The notes beneath the pieces were generated by a model. The model was not told the origin of the DNA. It saw nothing but the letters and a program-made list of their open reading frames with translations, and did no database searches. DNA of 64,000 bases, taken from positions 20,150,001 through 20,214,000 of the forward strand of contig CM120642.1 in the NCBI GenBank assembly GCA_051362555.1, read 5' to 3'. The DNA is from Lingula anatina (Eukaryota; Animalia; Brachiopoda). Within the stretch, counting starts at the first letter, position 1, and every line of letters starts with the position of its first letter. Below are positions 52,824 through 61,800 of the stretch, one piece after another. Made by a program: the position numbers and the translations under genes.

Positions 52824-55800
52824 AAAAATGTTGCTGATAAAATTGGATTCACAAGTTTAATTATAATTTTGGCATTTTTCTTCATTTTTTTCAGCTCTCA
52901 CCTACAGTTCTGGTACAATGACAGCCAATGACACCCCACTTGGCACTTGGCTTCTACTCCCAGAACTAACTGAAGCAGTTCTGAAGAAGGTTACCTTGAA
53001 GAAACTTCTGGAATTTGGCAATCTGACGGCCATGTTGGCATGTCAGAATACCAGGCCTGCTTGGATACACCCGCGAGGCTACCCGCGATATCCAGGTAAG
53101 CTCAAATACAAGACTATGTCCAAGTTCATTAGCAAAAAAATTACACTAAATGGTTTAAGAAAATAAAAATAGAAATAGTTATTTGACTATTTTTGGTCAT
53201 GTGATATGTGTTACTGCCAGATCATCTGATGTTGCCAGTGCACTTGTCTACTCTGAAGTCTCTTTTCCACACATGACAGCCAGCTGCAACCAACTTTTGA
53301 AATTTAAAGGGATAATTACTCTTCATATGAGGTCTATATTTCACTATAAAAACATTGTGAATAATTCACAGAAATATAATATATTCTGTTGTACGACAAA
53401 AGCAGCAGTTATAGCTATTATTCTGATATCTGAGCTTGTCTTCAGACCACGTGACCTCCATTGATGGCTATACTCTGTTACAATCTCTTAAGAGATTTAA
53501 ACAAAAAACCAAACTTTTTAGAAAAAAACAGGGACTAACTTTGAATGTAAAAATGGATTCATTAGCCATTGGCAAGTATGGGAAAATTGTTGTTTACTCC
53601 AGGAAAATTCATTTTTTGGCCAAACGAAGAGTTATTATCCCTTTAAGCTGTGCACAATAAAAAAACTAATTCCATTATTCATGATACTGCAATAAAATGT
53701 TTGCATTTGTGCCAAGTGTACTTTTTTAATATGGCTATCTGGCTGCATCTAGATGTTTGTGTGATCATTTGTGATGGAAAATTCAATTTAATCAGCTTGC
53801 CTCACAGAATATTTCATAGAAAGTACTCAACTTATTTGCCATGTTTAAATGGTAACATTTCTTCAAATTCTTGCAGCTCATTTTCATTTGATTGACATGG
53901 CTCCCCAGAAGGTAAAGACCAGTGCTGAGGCAGTGCTGATGTTTGAGAATATGCTGATGAACAGAATTTACAGAGGCCTCGCCCAGAGAAAAGTAAGTGC
54001 ACAGATATATGTTATAAAAATTATCATTTCTTAAATCTAGAGTTCATGTAGGTACATGTGGGGATAACTTGTAGACAGTACTTGTATGAGATAAGAAGCA
54101 CCATAGTTCAGCTATTTCACATAGTTTCTTAGTAGTATTTATACTGATTGTTATGATTTCATAAAACAGTTACGGTAGAAATATCACTATTTCAATATTT
54201 CAATTTCACTATATCAATGTTTTAAAAGGCAGTATGGAATAACAAGGACTTAAACATATGAAATGTATGATGATTTGATAAATTATACCATGTTATGTAC
54301 AGTAGCATAATTTTCACAGAGAGCAAAAAAAAATGATGATAAACAGTACTTTTCTGTAAATTTTATGCTGTTTAATTGTAAGCTCTAAACATAATTAATT
54401 TTTTGCTTCTCTAGGTCTCATTGCCCCTGTTAGATTCAACAAACCCACAAGAGCGGGAAAAGGTATTGTGCAGTCACTTCCTGTTGTACTAGTACACAAG
54501 AAATATGCATCATGACCTTTTGATATATTTTGAAATGTAATCTGTAATCTTTGAATATGTCAAATATCAAAAAATATTTCAAATTAAATCTTGTGAAACC
54601 TAGTTTAACTAATAGATAGTTTTCTTATTAATTGTTCTGTCATGGCTGCCGAATCAATACATTGCTGATATTATAAGCAGGTACCAGTAATTGGAAGCAA
54701 AGTATTTGTCAATGATTTATAAGTACCTGTGTCACGATCCAAAATAATTTTACTCAGATATTATCAAAATACAATTTTCTGAGAAGGTTGCATATCTTTT
54801 TAAAAAGATATTTCCACATTACAAGAACAAAAAGTTCTCATCATTTAATTACAATGTATTCCAGATAGAGTATCTTTTCCAAGAAAGATATCTCTCCTTT
54901 TGTGCTGCCATCTGCAGGCATGTTTGGAAAGGAGGCTTCACATCGGAGAGGCAAGCTGCAGTGCCATGGATCAAGGAGTTAAGTGAGACCTATGGAGACC
55001 TGCAAGCTGGTTTAATGGAAAATCACAACCATGGTTGCAGGGAGATTCATGACAAGCCAGACGAAGTTTTTAAGGGTCCTCACGTCAGCTTGAAGCAAGG
55101 GGAAAATCTGGAAAAGTTCAAATTTGATAAAAATCGAGGCACCGAATATGCTGTTGCTGTTGTTTTGCAAAAAACAGATACAGATCTGGAGAAGATTCCT
55201 GTACAAAGTGAAGATCTGTCCACGCTATACCTTACCTGTGGTCAGCCATCGTGGTTTGAGCCGTCCACATACTCTGATGGCAATCTGGAATTGACTACTC
55301 AGCTCCCATCGACGTGGAAAATGAAAAATCTCGCAAAATTTTGTGTCAATGGCCTCATCACAACAAGCCAGAATGTTTCATCTATGGAGTGTAAAAACTT
55401 GACAGTGGTGGATGTCTCTGAGTCTCTAGTAGAGACTTTGCCAGACTTCAGGTAAATGATCCAAAGATTAAGATATTTGATAATGAATATTAATTGGAAA
55501 CAGTGTCATGTTGCAGGTGGAATTATAGTAAATAATGATGAAGGTTTTCTAGAAGTCAAAAGATAATCATGCAGAATATTTAATAGATTACTGTTTGCTT
55601 GGACTTAAGAAAGACAAAAGTATTATGAAAAACCTTTTTTATTTTGCTAATTAGTAATTCATTTATTTAGTAAAATATAGAAAATTTTAATGGAAGCATG
55701 ATAATCAGTAAGAAGGTCATTCATGCTTTATTTTGATATTCAATATGTTTTTATTATTTTCAGAGTTCTGCCTAAAGTGAGGGAGGTCAATGCATCTCAT

Positions 55801-58800
55801 TGTATGGTGACCATTCAGTCTCTGACCAGTTGTCATATTGATCAGCTGAAATATCTGGTCAGCCTGTCACTGGATGAACTGTTACTGGACTCTTTGCCAA
55901 GGAGCTTTGGACAACTGAAAACACTTCAGTATCTGTCCATTAAAGGTAGTGTTTCTCTTATCTGTGCATGGATTTATTGACTTGTTGGGTGGCCATTTGA
56001 GTGAATGAACAAATGAATGAATTGCCATTTATTTTGTTCTTAATTTGCACTTTGATTAGATATTCACCTGTTACAGATTTCAAATTGTTTAAGTTTTAGA
56101 TAAAAGAATTTTATTAACAAAAGCCGAGTTATGTCTCATTTCTTACTAGTAGATGAAATTATATAAAAACAAGTGAGAAATGAGGTTTTTGAGGGTCTCT
56201 CAACATATTTCCATAAATGACATGAGATTTAGTAGACACATACTTGTAAAACTTTATTATATCTCATTCCAAGCACAATGTATTGACCTTTCCAAGGTTT
56301 ATTGTCTATGACTGAGAAAATTATAAGATGTTAACTGTAAATCAGAAAATAATATAGTATAAAGTGAGAACTTTTGAGAGCATATTATATAATATTTGTA
56401 AGCAACATTTTCCTTTTAGCTATTTTCCCCTGTGAAAAAAATTGTCAATTTCAAGTACCATGAAAATCTTTTACAAATCTTAAATAAATCTTTGGATTCA
56501 CAACTCTCATAATATTAATTCAATTTGCAATGATGCAATTGTTTAAGTTTTACCCTATAATAAACTTAGTACATATTTCCCAGGTATCCCCTGGCTGCGA
56601 GGGGACGAGGACCCGCAGTGTGGCCAGGCAGAAACATCTGGACTCTCAAATTCTGTAGCAAAAGTTGCTGCCCGTACATCCTGCATTGAAGTAAGGAAAT
56701 ATGTTTTTATGATCCTGATTTTTTGAATGAATGGCACTTTTTCACTAATTTTTCTATTTAAAGTAAATTTATATAACTTAGACAGTTGATAATCTTTTAT
56801 CTTTTTAGTATTCACTAAAACTTGATATAAGTTTTCAACATTTCAACATAACCAGATTTCAACTTTTTAAACAATTTATTCAATTTTTTTTCAGTCTCCA
56901 AATGAGCTGTTGAAGAAGTATGACTATGACAACAATGACATACTGAATGTGAAAGAGGAGATACCTGGTCTGAACACAGAGTTGTTCATGAGTGTACCAA
57001 GATTGGGACAGACATTTAAAGGTTTTACTGTGCTTTGATCTTGCCTTTTATAATATAATCATATCTATGTTCCTTTCTATCACATATTGATCTTTTAATG
57101 AGCCATTTTGATAATTCAGTGGAGTTGATATTAACCAACTAAACTGTGTATCACAAGTTTTAATTTTGCAAGATTTTGAAAAATTAATGTTTTTTCTTAA
57201 AATCATTTTAGCTTCCATGATTTGATTCCATTATTTTCAAGAATCCCTACAATAATTTATCAATTGTTAATAAATTAAGTATTGTATAAATCCAGATGCA
57301 GACTCAAGTGGCATCCCTCTAGCCGTGTTTGAGATGGAAAATTTGAGAGAGCTTCGTCTTGCCAACCAGGGCATAAACTCTGTTCCACAAACCATCGCCA
57401 AGCTGAAGAGACTCCGGGTATTGGAGCTGTCTAACAATCCCCTTCTGGAGAGTGTTGCAGGAGAAGTGGCCTTCTTACCCATTAGAGGTTAGTTTTGACT
57501 GTTTGCCTGTTTTGAATTAAAATTTGGTCTTAGATTCTGTGTCATTTTACAATTTTGATCAATGAAGCAGTACAAAGATGCACATTTTTAGATAAAGAAG
57601 TGTTTTTTGAATTATATTAATTTCACTGACTAGAAGCCTGAGATTGAATGAATTGATATTCAACTTCAGATAATGTTAGCCAAGGCTTGAAGCTGGATGG
57701 ATGCCCTTCCCTGAAGAGTCCTCCAAATGACATAGTGGGCAGAGGAGGAGGCGCTGTCATCAGCTTCCTCAAACGTGTAGCAGGCGGCTTTACTGTCTGC
57801 AGGAGGACAAAGCTCATGTTTGTTGGACTGGGAGGAGCTGGGAAAACAAGGTGAGTTAGGGACCATTCCCAGACCCTATCATACTAACTGTGGAGCATCT
57901 ATCTCCAGTGGCATTCTCGCTAAATTGCAATGAACTTAAGCTGCAGGTTAGATGTCTGTCAGGCCTACTAAAGCTGCTTTGGGGTTATTAATTATCGTAT
58001 AGCAGCTAAAGTAGGCGTGCCAGACATTTAAGCTGCTTAAGCTGAAGGCGATTTATTGAGAAACCCCTTGGAGATGGATTGATCCTGTTAGATTGACTTA
58101 GGTGAGGGAGGCCAGTCTTAGACATAGTACAGGGAGTAGCTGGTAAAAAGAGGTGAGGTATTTAATTAAAGATTTGACTGGGAGGAGCTGGGAAATGCAG
58201 TAAGTGAAAGCATTTGGAAAATTTGGTAAGACTTTATTTGGCCTTTCATGTTGAACTTTTGAAAATCTGAATGTTCTCTTGCCAGGACGTAAAAGGTGGC
58301 ATTGACAAAAGACAAAGATGTTGAATTTTATGCTACTTAAACAGTTAAAATTCACCTAAGGTCTGTGATAACTGGTAAATTTTCACATGTCTACTTCAGT
58401 TTGCTGCGTGCTTTAATGAGTGGTAACTACAAAACAAAATCTCTGGGTGCCAAAGAAGTCACTGATGGCATTGACATCAAAGCGTGGACAGTGAAGAAGA
58501 ATGATGGGCCAGAAGTGACCTTCAGCACTTGGGATTTTGCTGGACAGAAAGTGTACTACAACACACATCAGGTGGGTGACAGTCTTATTTGACACTCATT
58601 TTCATAAGCTGGGAAACAAAATCACAGGTCTCTAGTCTGCAATTTCAGTTTCCTAATAAGCTGGTAAACAAAAATTTTTTTTAAGTCTGTGGCCAGCAAT
58701 TTTTATAAGCCAGTAAGCAAAATACAGGTCCCTGAACAGCAATTTGAAAGGGAGGTTTTTTTCTGACAAAGTGGACCTCTTTACCCTCTTAGTTGACCCC

Positions 58801-61800
58801 TTTTGAAAAGTAGAATAAAATGAATATCAAGTTTTTATGACAGACCCTTTCCAGCCAAAAAGGCAGTTTTTTTACCCCCCCCCCCCCCCCCTGCATACTG
58901 ACCTGTACATAAACAGCTGCAAAATATTTAATTTATTTGTACACATCTGACCAGGTTAATCTTCACCATGTTAAAACATGATTTATTATCACAGTGGATG
59001 CTGATGTGGTTTAAACTAAAATTAAACTATTTTGTACATTATTCTTTGTGTTCTGTTTCCCTAGTTTTTCCTGTCCAGTAGAGCAGTGTACCTGCTGCTG
59101 TGGACCACCAGATCTGGCTACGAACATGCAGGACTGGAGTTTTGGCTGAGCTCCATCGCCAGCCACGCTCCTGGAGCACCTGTTTTTGTCATCGGGACGC
59201 GAGCAGATGAGGTATGACTGTGTCAATCTCTGTCTGATATAAACACTGAATAGTGGAGATATTTCTCTTTCCTAATAAGGATGCTGGGCTTTTTGGTAAC
59301 ATCACAGGCAAATATTGAATCTTTAAATCTGTAAATTTTAATTTATTTTTAAAAGTTAATACAGCTTCAAATGAGTTCTCAATCAGATGTTTTGATTTTG
59401 ATGGATTGAAATTTGAAGAGTTAACATAAAAATTCACTTGTTAAAGATACACAGTGACTGTTTTTTAGATTGTTTCACTTTGATAGTATGATTAACATTC
59501 TTATTACCTTCTACAGGTTGATAAGCCAGAAATTCCCATGGAGAAACTACAGAAGAAATTCCCCCAAATTGCCGGCTTTCATTTCATCAGCTCTCTCACT
59601 GGACAGGTATGAAATATGAAGTGGTCAGCTGGATTTGAAAGACTGAATTGTTAATCTGGGCTCTAAATTGAAAGCATCACTAATTGCAATAGCTTTATCA
59701 CTTTTTAATTCGCGGCTATTATATAGGGCGAGTAAATCCCGAGTTATGGAATAGAGGCAAATCTCCATGCTTGCACTCAGTCGCAATTTGCGGTGCTTTT
59801 AAGTTACGGAGCCCTGGTGCTGTTATGGCGATTTATTAAATTAATCTCAAGATTTTGCAGTTTGGACAAGGTTGTTACTATTTATTACTTGGTCAATACT
59901 TTTAGGTTATAACGTACGTGTAAAGTTGATAGAGTCAGTTGGTGTTTTCAAGGTTAATAGAGCAAGTGCTGAGTTTTTCAAATGAAATTATGTACTGAAT
60001 TGTTTTCCAGTAGATAAAAAAAAATTATGCTGCTAAGGTATGTGAGAAAACAATGATATTGCGCATAAAAATAGACTAATCATTATAAGTGAATAAATAA
60101 CATAATGCAGAATTAAACCTTAATAATGATCATTATACAGTGAAGGCTGATTTAAGAAACCATATTCTATTGTGTTGTCAGGGTATCCGTGTGTTGGAGG
60201 ACCGGTTGGTGGATGTGACTTTGGCACAGAAATATATGGGTGAACAGATCCCCACTGTCTGGCTGAAACTGGAGACCGCTATTCTCACGTAGGCTTTATT
60301 AGGACACGCAGGCCCATGCATGCACACACCCACACACACATCAAATGCATAATTTATCAATTATTAAGTACATGTTGTACGGAGATAATACCAACATATC
60401 TTCAGTCTGAATGCCACTGTTTCCTTGCTAGCTTTATTTATCTTTTTTAGCGAGATATGCAGTCATTTGACTCTAAAATATGTTATTGAGTAAACAGCTT
60501 TAATGTTTTATTTTGATTTCATGTCATTTTATTTTGTTTTATTTCACAGCATGAAGGAGAAGAAGAAAGTGAGCATTGTTAAGTGGGAAGAGATTGCTGC
60601 AATGGCAAATGAAGTTGGAATTTATGAAGAAGATGATGTAAGGATGTTTATGCTTTTGTTCCTCATACAAGAGACTTCTGTGACTTTTAGATTTTTTTTA
60701 AGCAACTGCATTTAAATCTGAAAACAAACCACTTAAGAAATTCTCAGAGCAGTGACACAGATCTGTGTTTCAATGATGATTGACTAATGATGTTTCCTCA
60801 ACTCTACCAAAATGTTATTAATAATTGTGATTTTTCATAAACAATATTCTTATTATGCTATTTCAAGGCTTTGTCTTTAAATGTAATGTTAGTAAGAAAC
60901 TATTTCACTTTGTGTACATGCCTGATCCAGCAAAATATATAACCATCAATATACGGATTATGACAATGTTTTCATGAAAAATGTTTTCAAAACATGATAA
61001 TATTTCAAGAAAACATAGAAATCATTTTAAAACCATTAAAAAATGCTTTTGAATAACCTTTTAGAAAAAGTTCTTATCCTTCATATTTAAAAAATACTAA
61101 GTCTTTGACTTTCATTTTTATCCTATATCCTGACTTGTATTCACTGTGAATCACTGTGTTCTTGCAGCTGAAGGAAGCCATCCAGTTCCTGACCTACCTA
61201 GGCTCAGTGCAGTATTTTGACAATGAGTTCCTTAGGAAATATGTGGTCATCAACCCGCAGTGGATTGCTGATGTCATGGCATGCGTGGTGTCCATTAAGG
61301 CCAATGCCATTAAGGTGAGACCAATCTAGATAGAGACTGAGATAATTTATTTTAACCTGAGCAGAGAATACAAAAATTACAATAAATATTCTAAAATTAA
61401 ATTAATATGATAAAACTTAACAATATTTTACAGTCAAATAATTATTATTAATAAAACTTGCATTGCGGCTTTCCATACTTTTTAATGACTCAGATATACC
61501 TAAATGTCAATATGAACATACAGTCCTTATAATCAGTTAGAGACACAAATATTAACCAGAGTCACTTACAGAAACATTACTTCTAGTACACTTAGACTTC
61601 TACACTATTGAAATAAATAAAATTTTACTACATTTCTACTTCTTCTCTCAGGACGGTCGCCTGAACCACTCAGACATCGGTGTCATTTGGAAGGCGTATG
61701 ACAAGGAGTATCACGAGTGGCTGCTGATGTTGACCCAGGAGTTTGATCTGACCTTCCCTTTGCCAGATCAGAAGGTCAACCTGGTACCATGTCTGCTGCC

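Noticed and set aside
53050-53095. WIHPRGY resembling the MBT-repeat IHPVGW motif
   Set aside because: No other MBT features are visible; too short to support a call.
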